Assembly: GCF_018350175.1 (NCBI RefSeq) | Contig: NC_058382.1 | Coordinates: 54,748,001 to 54,812,000, forward strand | Length of the DNA stretch: 64,000 nt | Direction of reading: 5' to 3' | Source: Felis catus | Lineage: Eukaryota | Shown: piece after piece, positions 36,430 to 48,097 of the stretch | Layout: every line of letters begins with the position of its first letter | How positions within the stretch are numbered: position 1 is the stretch's first letter | Program-made: the position numbers and the translations under genes | Notes under the pieces: generated by a model | The model's input: only the letters and a program-made list of their open reading frames with translations | Told to the model about the DNA's origin: nothing | Databases searched by the model: none

Positions 36430-37640
36430 AGGCTCGGATTCAGACTCGCGGCGCTAGACGCCCGGGGCTTAACCACAGAGTCCCAGCCTGCCCGCACACC
36501 CTCCACCGCAGCAGCTACAGCTCCCGGCGAACGACAGCCCCTGGCTGCGCGGGGACCGCTACCAGCTGGGCCAGCGGAGGAACGAGGCTTCTGATTGGCT
36601 GCCTCCGGCGACTACTGGCGAGAGGGAGGGACCGAGGGCGCGGGGGCGTCGCGGAGAAATGACGCAACGCCGCGGCTCCTTAAAGGCGCCAGCCCCTAGC
36701 GCCGCGGATGGCGCAGGCGCGTTCCGGGGGCTCCCGCTTCTTCTCCGAGCGCTGAGAGCCGGGCCGGACGGGCGCGCGCGCGCGCGGACTGTGCAGACAG
36801 GGCGCGCGCCGGACGCGGGCAGCTCGAGGGGTCCCGCGGGGCGGCTGGGGCAGCTGGACCGGACGGCTGACGAGCGGGCGCCGCGATGGCAGAGGGCAGC
36901 GCCGTGTCCGATCCTCAGCATGCCGCGCGTCTGCTGCGAGCGCTCAGCTCTTTCCGCGAGGAGTCCCGCTTCTGCGACGCGCACCTGGTCCTCGACGGGG
37001 AGGAGATCCCGGTGCAGAAGAACATCCTGGCGGCGGCCAGCCCGTACATCAGGTGAGGACCGGGCCGCGGCGGGCCGGGCGGGGCCGCGCTGCCCGGAGC
37101 CCGGGGGCGGGCCGGGCCGGGCGTGTCCCCGGAGCCCCTGGTCCCCGCCAGCCGCCCAGGTCCCCCCCACCCCCAGGCCGGCCACCGCCCGGCGCGCTGT
37201 CCCTGCCGGCGGACACCCTGCCGGGCCCCCCGGGACGGTCCCTTAGCTTCGGCCGCCCTCGAGCCGGGGCAGTGCTCCCTGGCGACCCCCGCGGAGCCGG
37301 GCCGCTGCCCTCCCGCCCTCCCTGCTCCGTTGCCCACCGCCCGGCGCTCGCCCGGGCCTCCGGGCCGCCGACGCCCCCGGACGCCGTCCTGGGCCGGCCC
37401 GGGACCCGCACCCGCACCCGCGAGCAGGGCGGGGCCTCGCCGGGGCCCGGCCGGCGGAGCCCGGCTGAAGTTTGCCCGCCGCTCGCCTCCGGATCGCGCA
37501 GTGGGCCGGGCCGGCGCGGCGAAGCGAGCCGGGCGCGTCTCTCCCGAGGAGAAGCCAAACAAACACTTCCTCGCCGGCTGTGGGCGGAGGGGAAGCCCCG
37601 CGGGATCGTGTCCCTAGGATCAGCGATCGACCCCCCAAGG
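36430..37640. promoter_or_regulatory. CpG island / GAN promoter and exon 1 region
   Basis: Very GC- and CpG-rich stretch spanning the GAN ATG. It has an inverted CCAAT box (ctgATTGGct, 36594-36598), a CRE-like TGACGCAA (36660-36667), an ETS-like TTCCGG (about 36722) and several GC boxes. Confidence 0.9.
36886..37052 (+). CDS. GAN: Gigaxonin (BTB-BACK-Kelch CUL3 adaptor), first coding exon, 167 bp
   Basis: gcgATGG Kozak context with an in-frame upstream TGA at 36868. Encodes MAEGSAVSDPQHAARLLRALSSFREESRFCDAHLVLDGEEIPVQKNILAAASPYI(R), matching the recalled human gigaxonin N-terminus/BTB start. Donor AG|gtgagg. The ORF track missed it because the frame closes after 56 aa. Confidence 0.97.
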
Positions 37641-39567
37641 CCGAAGTTCTTGTCAGACGTGCCTTCTTACACTGCCAGTGGGCGCTGCATGTAAAAGGAG
37701 GGCTGTGCGTTATGGACACACGTTAAAATAAGCTGCAGCTAATTTTAGAGCTCTTACTGTAATTCTCAGGATGCGGTCACAACGGAGGATCGTGAGATTT
37801 TGAGAGACTCAGAGGGCATTCTAAAACTTCAGTGAAACAAAGCTTAACCTGATATGCCAGCTCAACTAACCAGGTTAATTAATTAAAGGTTGATTAAGAT
37901 AGTGCTTAACCAGGTATACCGGATCTTGCAGGGGACTGTCGTTTCGTAGAGCAACTTTCTTGCAAACTGGGTTGCTCTTTTAATAAAAGGGAGGGGGGGG
38001 GGACGCTACAAGCTGAAGAAACTGTCCAGTAAGCTGGTTAAATATAGACTCATAGTAGAGAATGTCACTAGAATTGACAGGTCAGAAAAAGCAAAATGAA
38101 GTGTAAGGTGTTCTTACTGCTTTGTCCCAGCAGAACTCAGCCCCCAAACTCCATTTTAACCTCTGCATTAGGAGATACCCGTGCTAATTCAGAAGCAGTC
38201 CAAGCGCCCTCCTAACTTCTGGCGGTGTTTTGTAAATCTCCCTGCACTCTTTGTGGATGTAAAGGTGGGATGGGGGTAGGGGGGAGTCTTTGTTAGTATG
38301 GAATTTGGATTGTCAGTGGGATGGACAGCGCCTAGCTGGCAGCTGAGAGGTTTGAGCAATCCGTATCAAACTGGAATCAGGAGGTCAGAGTGTTCCCTGT
38401 ACCCAAAGGATTCCCCGTTTGGGGAAATGCTAAGGACGGTTACTTTAGATGCATTATTGTAGTTCTCTAAGAGGCGTCCAGCAGGCTTTTAAGAAAATTG
38501 CAAATTGCCAGACACATGCTGTGTATCCCTTTCAGTGCCTGAGCTTTCTCCACACCACTTACACTGTTAATATACTCACTTTGCCCGCCTTCCCCAACCA
38601 CGCTGTAAGCTCCATGAGGCCAGGGAGTTTTCTTTTGTCCGTTTCTGTGTCCCTGGCAGCCAGAGAGAACGGCACATGTGTTGAATGAGTGATTACCTGC
38701 CTTTCTTCCCCAGCAGGTGGGCCATTACATTCCTGGCTCGGTTATATTTCATTTCAGATGCCCAGTTATCCGTAACTGGGAAGAGCCCTGTGCCTGTTTT
38801 CCCAATCCGGCTACTCATAGCTGGGAGCTGTGGGCAGATGACTTAATCTCGGCTTCAGCTCACTAGTCTGATAAATGAGGGATAAAATGTGTCTTCGTCT
38901 CATTTAATCTTTGACCTGTGCAGGAGTATGTAATAGTGCTTTGAACTCTCCAGGTCTGCACGCGGATCCACAAAGGTAGATCGCTGCTGTGTCTGCTGCA
39001 TTAGAAAACGTGGGGGATTGACTTGTCACGTGGTGGCAAATAATGAGAATATTTAGTGATGTGAAATGGTACTCATTAATAAAAGCAGTAGTTTCTTTGT
39101 TACATATTGCTAATCAAAGTGGCCAAGTGAAAGGGACTTCAGATCTTCGCTGCTCTAATTCTGCTACTTTCCAAATAAGGAAATGGGGTTCAGTGGGCCT
39201 TAGTGGTTTGTATTATGATGAAGTTGCTCGTTCTTAGTGGGTGAAGTCAGATTAGACTCCTGGTTAATGACACCTTGTCTCCTACCCATTTATGATACCA
39301 AGTTACAACATTACTCGTATGTAACTCTTCTTTATGCAACCTGTACTACTTATCAACTCACAATATGTTATCATTTAAATGTACTTTTACACACTATCTC
39401 ATTCTGATTTTCATTTTTAACCATCTTGTTCAATGGATAGGACAGATATTTTTGACATTTTATAGATGAACCTGAATCAGTGAGTGTATGTTTTTGTCAG
39501 TGACTCTTTTAAGTTTATTTGGCTGTTGAAGTGCTGTTCTTGGGAGTATTTTAAAATGACCAGTCTC

Positions 39568-40284
39568 AGGGCGCCTGGGTGGCTCAGTGGGTTGAGCCTC
39601 CAACTTTGGCTCAGGTCATGATTTCAGGGTTCTTGAGTTCAAGCCCCACATCAGGCTCATTGCTGCCAGTGTGGAGCCTGCTTCGGATCCTCTGTCTCCT
39701 TCTCTCTCTGCCCCTTCCCTGCTTGTGCACTCTCTCTCTCAAAAATAAATAAAAAACATTTAAAAAATGATCAATCTCAAAACTACTTACAAGTAATTTG
39801 ATTTATCTGTATTACTACTTACAAATGAACTATTTAATAATTTTTGACATCAGTGATATCCAGCTTTCATAACGTATCTGTTTTTTTTTAAGTGTATTTA
39901 TTTTGAGGGAGAGTAAGAATGAGTAGGTGAGGGGCAGAGAAAGGAGAGAGAGAATCCCCAGTAGGCTCCATGCTGACAACACAGAGCCCTACGTGGGGCT
40001 AGACCTCATGAACTGTGAGATCATGACCTGAGCTGAAATCAAGAGTCCTCTGCTTAACCAGCTGAGCCACCCTGATGCCGCTATCATATATCTGTTTTGT
40101 TTGGAAGGAACTTTAAGTGTTTTTTTAATGTGTATTTATTTTTGAGAGAGAGAGAGAATATGAATCTGAAGCAGGCTCCAGGCCCTGAGCTGTCAGCCCA
40201 GAGCTGGACTTGAACTCATGAACTGCAAGATCATGACCTAAGCCAAAGTCAGTGGCTTAGCCAACTGAGGCAGCCAGGCGCCCC
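39568..40284. mobile_element. CanSINE cluster in GAN intron 1: + 39568-39765, - about 39880-40080, - about 40120-40284
   Basis: SINE bodies. The third copy is flanked by TGTTTGGAAGGAACT repeats. Confidence 0.9.
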
Positions 40285-41347
40285 ATGTTTGGAAGGAACT
40301 CTAAAGAATCACGTTGAAACAAAATAAGTTTGCATGTTCTGGTACTTGACGTTTCTGACTTTCCCTTTTGTTGAAGCTTGAGCATTTAGGTCTGTGATGT
40401 CATTAACATGTGGATTGGGTGTTGAAAAGTTTAGTAGTCTGAGAAACTATAAAAATTTGAGTTTTGTTTATATAATATCCTTAGGTAGCCTAGTTTAAGT
40501 AACTGTCTTAAGCAGTATAAAGTATGATTTGGAAACAATGTTATATATTTTCTGCACTCCCAACAGAGGGAACCAGTTCAATTTTGTCAGAGTAGGAATT
40601 AAAGCAGCTCATTTGGCATACTTTCTACTTAATATAGAAAAGTCTTTTAACCTAACCTACTGGTTTAATCTTTTCCTGTGCTCCTTCTTTGGCTTAGCGT
40701 TTATTTTTCCTCTGATAGTCTTAGCTATCATACACTAGAAGGACTTTCGGTATAAGAGAGAAAAAAACATAAAACTCAGCTTTAGCAATAGAACCCTAAT
40801 GTTAACCTGAAAAAAAGTTGGGTAGAGCATGTATGTGTCATGCAGTGTTAGGATACAGATGCTACTGGAAGGCAGGCAGGACTTTCCATGGTCCGTCGTT
40901 AAGCTCAGTAAGTGGGATGCTGCTTTCCCAGAACGCCCTCTTCCCAGCTCTTCCTCATTCTGATCCCTGAATGACATTTTCCCTTTGGTTTGTTGGAAAA
41001 CGAAACCTAAATGTAGCTGACGACCTTTAAGGACGGCAACATTGAATTCGTCAGTATAACGACCCACAGAATCTTTCCTTTCTCAGCAGCCCTGAGACCT
41101 TCTGGGAAAGGTTCCCTGAGGCTTATAGGAAATTTCCCTTTCTCTTGAATATTGCAAAGTTTGCTTTGCTTCATGTCTGAGGCTCTTCTGGTTCTGGCAC
41201 AATCCCATCGATCTGATACGAAGTTCAGACTCTTTTCCCTTGTGAGCTGTGGTGCTTTGGGAGTGATGTACGTGAAAAGGATTTGAAGATGAACTGCGGG
41301 GTGGCTCTGCAGGGACACATGCAGGTTCCTGTCCTCTGTTCACTTTT

Positions 41348-41715
41348 TTGGCAGGGGAGGTGCTATTTATTAATGAAAAATATTCCACATCCGTGATCCT
41401 TTAAGAGTCAGAAGTTCTTTGAAACGATGCCATTGGCTTTGGCCAGTCAGAGGACGGAGTCATCTGACTCCCCCATCCTGTGAATGGCCCCACAGATAGC
41501 GTAGTTTTTAAACTGGCCGTTGAGCTTACCTGTCACCTTGTCCACCTGGGCCACATTCACCTGGACGGACGCGTGGTCCCTGGCCCCGATGATGCAGTTG
41601 CTGGCAGAGCACTTCCACAGCACGGACAGGTGCACGAACTCGCCCACCTTGTTCTGCACGTCCAGGGCGCCTGCTTCCAGCACCAGGAACCCCCGGGAGC
41701 GTGGGTGCAGAAAAG
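41348..41715 (-). pseudogene. RPS21: Processed pseudogene of 40S ribosomal protein S21 (eS21), antisense in GAN intron 1
   Basis: Intronless 83-codon frame at 41659-41408 reads [82 protein letters not shown]. The start is ATG>GTG and there is an internal TGA at 41449-41447. Also present: a 5' TOP-like CTTTTC, AATAAA at 41371-41366, a short A-tail and a 15-bp TSD CCTCT(G/A)TTCACTTTT at 41333-41347 and 41716-41730. Confidence 0.95.
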
Positions 41716-41964
41716 CCTCTATTCACTTTTGAGAATTCATTTTGTTTTGGTTTGGTTTTTTTCCTGGGGATCTGTTGGAACCTTACTTTGTTTAGCTTTT
41801 CATCCTGGAGAGTAAAGGAAAGAAAGAGTCTCAAGATTTGTGGATCCCTCGATGAGTCAGCCAACAGTGAGAACAGCAGTATTTCTCCCTTGTGTTTTCA
41901 GGGAAAGCTGGTCTTTGGAGGGTGGAGTGGAGACACTGGGCCCAGAATCCAGTCTAGATCATCT

Positions 41965-42197
41965 TTTTTTTTTTTTTTTTTCCAAGTTTATTTGTTTATT
42001 TTGAGAGAGAGAGAGGAGAGAGCCTGTGAGCTGGGCAGGGGCAGAGAGAGAGAGGGAGAGGAGAGAATCTCAAGCAGGATCTGCACTGTCAGCACAGAGC
42101 CCTTTGCAGGGCTCAAACTCGTGAACCTTGAGATGAGGGTGACCTGAGCCGAAATCGAGAGTCAGACTCTTACCGGCCGAGCCCCCCAGGTGCCCCC
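41965..42197 (-). mobile_element. CanSINE
   Basis: Reverse SINE with TCTAG(A/G)TCAT on both flanks. Confidence 0.88.
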
Positions 42198-44626
42198 ATT
42201 CTAGGTCATAGTGGACAGCGTTTTTTTTTTTTTTTTGGTTTTTTGTTTTTTTGTTTTTGGCTTTGTGTGTATATGTTGTGGGGAGGGGGTCTGCTTCTGT
42301 TCTTAGAGCTTTATTGTATCATTTAAAGTTTTTTTGTGCGTGTTGACATTAAAGCATTTCTTCTGCCCAGTCATACAGGATTTGGTTGGGTGTTCTGCTG
42401 TGTAAACCCAGCCCCGTAGAGCTGTTTTGTAACAAGCATTTATTTTCTGCCATTCCCTCTGGACGTGTTCCAAGGCCTGATTATCGATGAGCCTGTTTCG
42501 CCATTTAAATCCAAACTTTGACTCATAGATGATGCTGATGAACTACTTAAGGAGACCAGTACGATCTCTGTAGGAAGTGCAAGTTTCATGGCAGCATGGA
42601 GATTGTCACCATCCTGTCTTTGGGCATCTGGTACCCACCCTGTACTTGAGAGGCACAAACGTCAGTTTGTTTTGTCCACTGTGTGCAGAGCACGCTGTTC
42701 GTGCCCACGTCCCTTTTCCCTTTTCTTTCACTTGTGCTTTGAGTTTGTAGTCACCTGCCTGCAGCTGCTCCTCGGTGACTGTCGTCTGTTAAGTTTCTTA
42801 GTGCCTCAGGGTTCAGCTAGAAGCTCCCGGTTCTGGAGCAGTCTTCAGCTCAGTGACGACACCTGCCCCTTGCTGCACCTTCATGGCGACGGGAGCTGAG
42901 CTGGGCCTGAATATCTTTAATGGATCTGCACCTTGTTTGTTTTCATCCACCTGCTATACGCGTCCCAAACAGCCGCATCCCAAAGAAGATGAAATCTGCC
43001 CCAGAGGGCTTACAGTCACGTGCTGCAAAATGATTTCTTCTCCTCCTCTTCCTCTCTCTTCCCCTCCTTCTTCCTCTTCCTTCTCCTCCTTTTTAGTATT
43101 TGCAACTGTGTTTGATTAAATCCTTTTCTTATGTGGGTTTTTCAGATCTGATATTAAAGTATGTTCTGTTTCAGAAGACCAAAGGAGCCTTTTCTCTGGC
43201 TTCTAAGGAAACTAAGCCCTTGAAATTGGAGCTCTAAGTTCAACACAGATTACTTATTTCAGCTTAAAGGTATTTATTTATTTATACGAGATGGCGGTCG
43301 CCCCTGTTAGTAGCCACGAATGCTCTAATTCTGGAGAGGGTTTTGGAAGGTTTCGAATGAAGAAGCAAATCAATACAATTCTTGTTAGACTAGTGAGCCT
43401 GACATAAAGTGAAGTGTTGAATGTTTAGGCTTCTTGTGGAACTTTCCTGAGGATTGTTATCTTGAGTAACAGTACATGTGATAGAAATAAAACGTAGCTC
43501 TAATGGACACTGATGGATAAGTCCTCATTCTTTTACCTTTGCCCTTTGACTTCTACCTCTTAGAGTTTGTATTAGTCTTCTTCAGTGTTCTTATGGTACT
43601 TTCTGTTAAATAGTTAGAGAGTCAAGCAAAGTGCTTTTCCATAAACTCTGTTTCTTAGGATGTAGATTTCGATAACACAGCCTAAGCGTCCAGATTACAA
43701 AGCCACTCTATCCATTGTTTAAACTGTTCATCAGTTTGTCTTATGATATCAAAGTGAGGCTTAAAATCTATTTACAATCCATCAAGAAAACATAATTAGG
43801 ACAAATAAGGAGTCATTTGGCTTATGCGTACTGTAGGTTAGTCCCTGGGGGAGCCGCATGAGCCTTCGGCAGGAGACAAGTCTATCATTTTGTGTACTGA
43901 AGCTGTAATATAAATGAATAATTTGTAAGTGGGAATTCTAGGTTAAGGGTGGAGATGTGGAGGTGTGGGGTGTGACAAGTGGCAGACTGTGGTTGTAGTT
44001 CGAGATCCTCCTGTGAGTTCTCTGTTGCCTAAGACGCAGTGAGTCCAAAGAAGGAAGGACATCAAAGGCTCAGGTGAACGTGGCATCTGTAGCTCTTTGG
44101 AGGGTCAAGGTCATGTGTCCATCTAAATGCCCTCCAATGCTCAGCCAGAGCTCTTGACGCCTGTGCTCAAAAGAGCAGAGAGTGAAGTCTCCTCTCTTGG
44201 TGTTTATGCCAAAGAGTGACTTAGCTATAAAATGATGGTCTCATGTTTGCTGATTTCATTTCTCTGTGAGAATAAATTATAATATTTTTCCCTCATTCAG
44301 AGATACTAGAAAAGTGGAACACTTAGGGAAAATAAGATCTGGGTGTAATGTTGTTGGATGAAACAGCCTTCAAGCAATAAAGCTTTGAGAGGTAGCGTAT
44401 ATCAGAAATGGAAGAAGGAAGGGCCGGTTTTAAAAAATAGACTGTTGAGTAATGGGATGTGGGAAAAAAAAAATGCACCTCGTTTTCCTTTGTAGAGTTA
44501 ATGTGCTAATGGATGTAGAACCTTAAATGTATACTTTGCTCACAGGTATTTTGTGATTCTTTCAACTATTGAGTATTTCTGTATCTTTTTTAGGAACAAT
44601 TTGAAAGACCATTTTATGCTTGTGAT

Positions 44627-44846
44627 TTTTTTTAAAAAATTTTTTTAACATTCATTTTTGAAAGGCAGAGAGAGACAGAGCGCGGACGGGGGAGGGGCAG
44701 AAAGAGAGGGAGACACAGAAACAGAAGCAGGCTCCAGGCTCCGAGCTATCAGCATAGAGCCTGACGCGGGGCTCGAACTCACGGACCGCGAGATCACGAC
44801 CTGAGCCGAAGTCGGCCGCTTAACCGACTGAGCCCCCAGGCGCCCC
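44627..44846 (-). mobile_element. CanSINE
   Basis: Reverse SINE with TSD TATGCTTGTGATTTTT. Confidence 0.93.
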
Positions 44847-45191
44847 TATGCTTGTGATTTTTATATTAGCCCATAGAAATATCACGGGACATGGTTTTGT
44901 AGGCACATTAACATACCGGTAACCAGTTGCCTGGGCCTCTGAATAATTGTAAATTGTTTAGTAATACTAAGCTCAAAATATCTTCAGACTTTTGTCACTT
45001 AAATTGTACCTGTCAGTCCTTGACTTGGAGGAAACCTCCCTTTTAGGAAGGTGAGGTGAGAGTGAGCCTCTTCTGACACAGTGGAGCACATTCACTGGGC
45101 GTAGCCAGAAGTTTGAGGAAAGTGGCCCTGTGCAGAGCCGAGCGAGTCCTGAGATCCTGGGTTTCCCTTCTCTCCTTGCCATCGCCCGCTT

Positions 45192-45415
45192 CTTTTTTTT
45201 TTTTTTTAATGTTTATTTATTTTTGGGAGAGAGAGGGAAAGGGACAGAACGTGAGCGGGGGAGGAGCAGAGAGAGAGGGAGACACAGAATCCCAAGCAGG
45301 CTCCAGCTCTGAGCTGCCAGCACAGAGCCCGATGCGGGGCTCAAACTCACGAGCCGTGAACTCATGACCTGAGCCGAAGTCGGACGCTCCACCGACCGAG
45401 ACACCCAGGCGCCCC
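45192..45415 (-). mobile_element. CanSINE
   Basis: Reverse SINE with a diverged TGCCAT(C/A)GCCC..TTCT TSD. Confidence 0.9.
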
Positions 45416-45992
45416 TGCCATAGCCCAGTTCTGCTTTGGGATGGAATTAGAGGCCAGTAGGCTCCGTGTCTGTCCAGTCTTCCGTTTCCTTAGTGAAAGG
45501 AAGAGTTTCCCGCCAACACCCGGTTTTCTTCCTACACCACAGCTAGTGTGTGCAGTTTAGACCTACCCAAGCAGATATGGGACACTTCGGGTGTGGTTGG
45601 TTGGTTAATTGGCTGTTTGTTTGTTTGCTTGCTTGTTTGTTTACCTGCCTGGCCCCTTTTAAGTACTGGTAGCACTGCCTTGTGTGAACAGCTTTGTTAC
45701 CTGCGTGAAAATGGAAATACCTGTGGTTGGCAGGGAGGGAATAAAATTCTAGTTTTTATCACCTCCTGCAGTTGGAGGTGGGGGGATGGAGGGGGCAGGA
45801 ACAAAGTAGATGCTTTTTGTTTCCTTTCTCTTCCGTCGTCTCTGCTGTTGGTAGGAACGTGAATTATGAAAATAGGCACCACTGTCACAGCTGTTGTTAC
45901 ATTATTTAGAAATGTCATCACTGCGTTAACCCATACGTTTGTACGATTGTGCTGACCCGTAGTAAACTACAGTTCAAGAATTAACTCTGTCC

Positions 45993-47005
45993 TGGAGCAC
46001 CTGGGTGGCTCAGTCAGTTGAGTGTGCGACTCTTGATTTTGGCTCAGGTCATGATCTCATGGTTCGTGGGATCAAGCCCCACTTTGGGCTTTGCGCTGAC
46101 ATTGCAGAGTCTGCTTGGGATTCGTTTTCTCTCTCTCTCTCGCTCTCCCTCTCAAAATAAATAAAACACTAAAAATATTTAACACTGCCCTTTTTTCCAA
46201 AGAAGACATATATATGGCCAACAGACACATGAAAAGATGCTCAACATCACTAATAAGGGAAATGCAAATCAGAACCACAATGAGCTATCACCTCATACCT
46301 GTTAGAAGGGGTCAAACCAAAGAGACAAGAAAGAACAGGTGTTGGCAAGGATGTGGAGAAGGAGCCCTTGTACACTGTCGCTGGGAATGTAAATTGGTAG
46401 GTCACTGTGGAAAACGGTATGGAGGTTCCTCAAAAAAATTAAAAATACAAAGACCATATGATCCGATAATTACACTATCGAATGTTTATCCAAAGAAAAC
46501 GAAAACACGAATTTGAAAGATACGTGCACCCCTACATCTTTGGCAGCATTGTTTAAAATAGCCAAGGTATGGAAGCAACCTAAGTGTCCATCAGTAGATA
46601 ACTAGATAAAGATGTGGTGTGCATACACAACAGAGCATTATGCAGCCATAAAAAAGGATGAGATCCTGAAAACAAAAGAAAAAATAAAACCCAAAAAGCA
46701 AAATAGCATACGTATACATACAGAGAAAAATCCTGATGGTTGCCGGAAGGGCAGGGGGATAGGAGGTTGGGCAAAATGAGTTAAGAGGATACAGGTCTCT
46801 AGTTATGGAACGAGGAAGTCATGGGTATAAAAGGCACAGCACTAGGAATATAGGCAGTGATATTGTAACCGCGACGTATGGGGACAGAAAGGAGCCACCA
46901 CGCCTGTGGTGAGCATAGCGTTGTGTACAAATCTGTTGAATCACTGTGTTGTACGCCTGAAACTGATGTCACATCGAATGACCACTATACGCAACTAAAA
47001 AAGAA
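45993..47005 (+). mobile_element. CanSINE (45993-46175) followed by an L1 ORF2 end/3'UTR (about 46190-47005)
   Basis: The L1 part translates as [38 protein letters not shown] (ORF2 C-terminal region) and ends aatcactgtgttgtacgcctgaaactgat...caactaaaaaag. Confidence 0.9.
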
Positions 47006-47599
47006 ATTCCATTTTCAAAAAGTCAGCATTTGTCTCAAAGTATTGAGATGTACGGTTTATTAACTCATCCCAGCAAGAGTTGGCAGTAAAGGGACCTTAT
47101 ATCATTAGTGTTAACTGTTTAGAGACTTGATTATGGGTTTAGCCATTTGTTCCCAAACACACAAGAAGAGACTCAGTGACAGCTAGGTGCTGGGGAGACT
47201 CTGGGGCCAGGCGATAGACAAGGGAGCTCACGTTTCACTAGTGGACAGAGTCCTGCACCTCCCGGGGCTTTGTTTTCTTTCTTGCGTGCTGGCTGCTATC
47301 TGAGTGCATCCCCCATCAACGGCGTCAAAACTGAGACACCTCACGTGGACACCTAGGTCCCTCAACTGATTTTTGCTACCTCTCTGGGGCTAGTAAAGGA
47401 AATGAACGTAGAGCCAAAGACTTTTCAACTTATTTCCGACGTTCACTTAAATTTTCAGTGCTGCGTATCCGAATGTTGTGCAGTAGTAGCAATTTCAGGA
47501 ACGGGGACAGAATAGACTGTCTTTATTTTTAGAGTAGATCATTCTGAAAGTCTGCTCCAAAAGTAGATTCATTTATTATTTCAAAGAACTTCTGGTTTT

Positions 47600-48097
47600 A
47601 TTTTTGTGTGTGTTTATTTGAGAGAGAGAGAGAGACAGAGTGTGAGCAGGGGAGGGGCAGAGAGAGAGGGAGACACCGAATCTGAAGCAGGCTCCAGGCT
47701 CCGAGCTGTCAGCACAGAGCCCGACGCGGGGCTTGAACCCACGAACTGTGAGATCTTGACCTGAGCTGAAGTTGGACGCTTAACTGACTGAGCCACCCCA
47801 GGCGCCCTTCCAAAAGTATATTTAAAATGGCCCATCTGATCGTTCACTACTGCAATTAAGTGACCCCAATTAATCACATTTACAGAAACACTTACCTTTT
47901 TTTTTCTTTAATGTTTATTTTTGAGAGACAGAGCGTGAGTCGGGGAGGGTCGGAGAGAGAGGGAGACACAGATATGAAGCAGGCTCAGGCTCCGAGCTGT
48001 CAGCACCGAGCCCGACGCGGGGCTCGAACCCACGAACTGTGAGATCATGACCTGAGCCGAAGTTGGATGCTCAACCTGCTGAACCACCCAGGCACCC
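47600..48097 (-). mobile_element. Two CanSINEs (about 47600-47807 and 47897-48097)
   Basis: Reverse SINE bodies. Confidence 0.9.

Noticed and set aside
37670..37688. CTCF-like motif (CTGCCAGTGGGCGCTG), with weaker ones near 17197 and 30470
   Set aside because: There are mismatches at core positions, so it cannot be supported without a PWM score or ChIP data.
36559..37726. Many long overlapping ORFs (158-215 aa) on both strands
   Set aside because: These are Arg/Pro/Gly/Ala-rich frames caused by stop-codon scarcity in the CpG island. The real coding segment is GAN exon 1 in another frame.
41447..41683. 78-aa RPS21-like ORF as a functional retrogene
   Set aside because: There is no ATG at the start, a premature stop removes 13 C-terminal residues, and many conserved residues are substituted.
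46115..46516. 133-aa ORF
   Set aside because: It is a SINE tail fused to a degenerate L1 ORF2 C-terminus, with no RT or endonuclease domain present.
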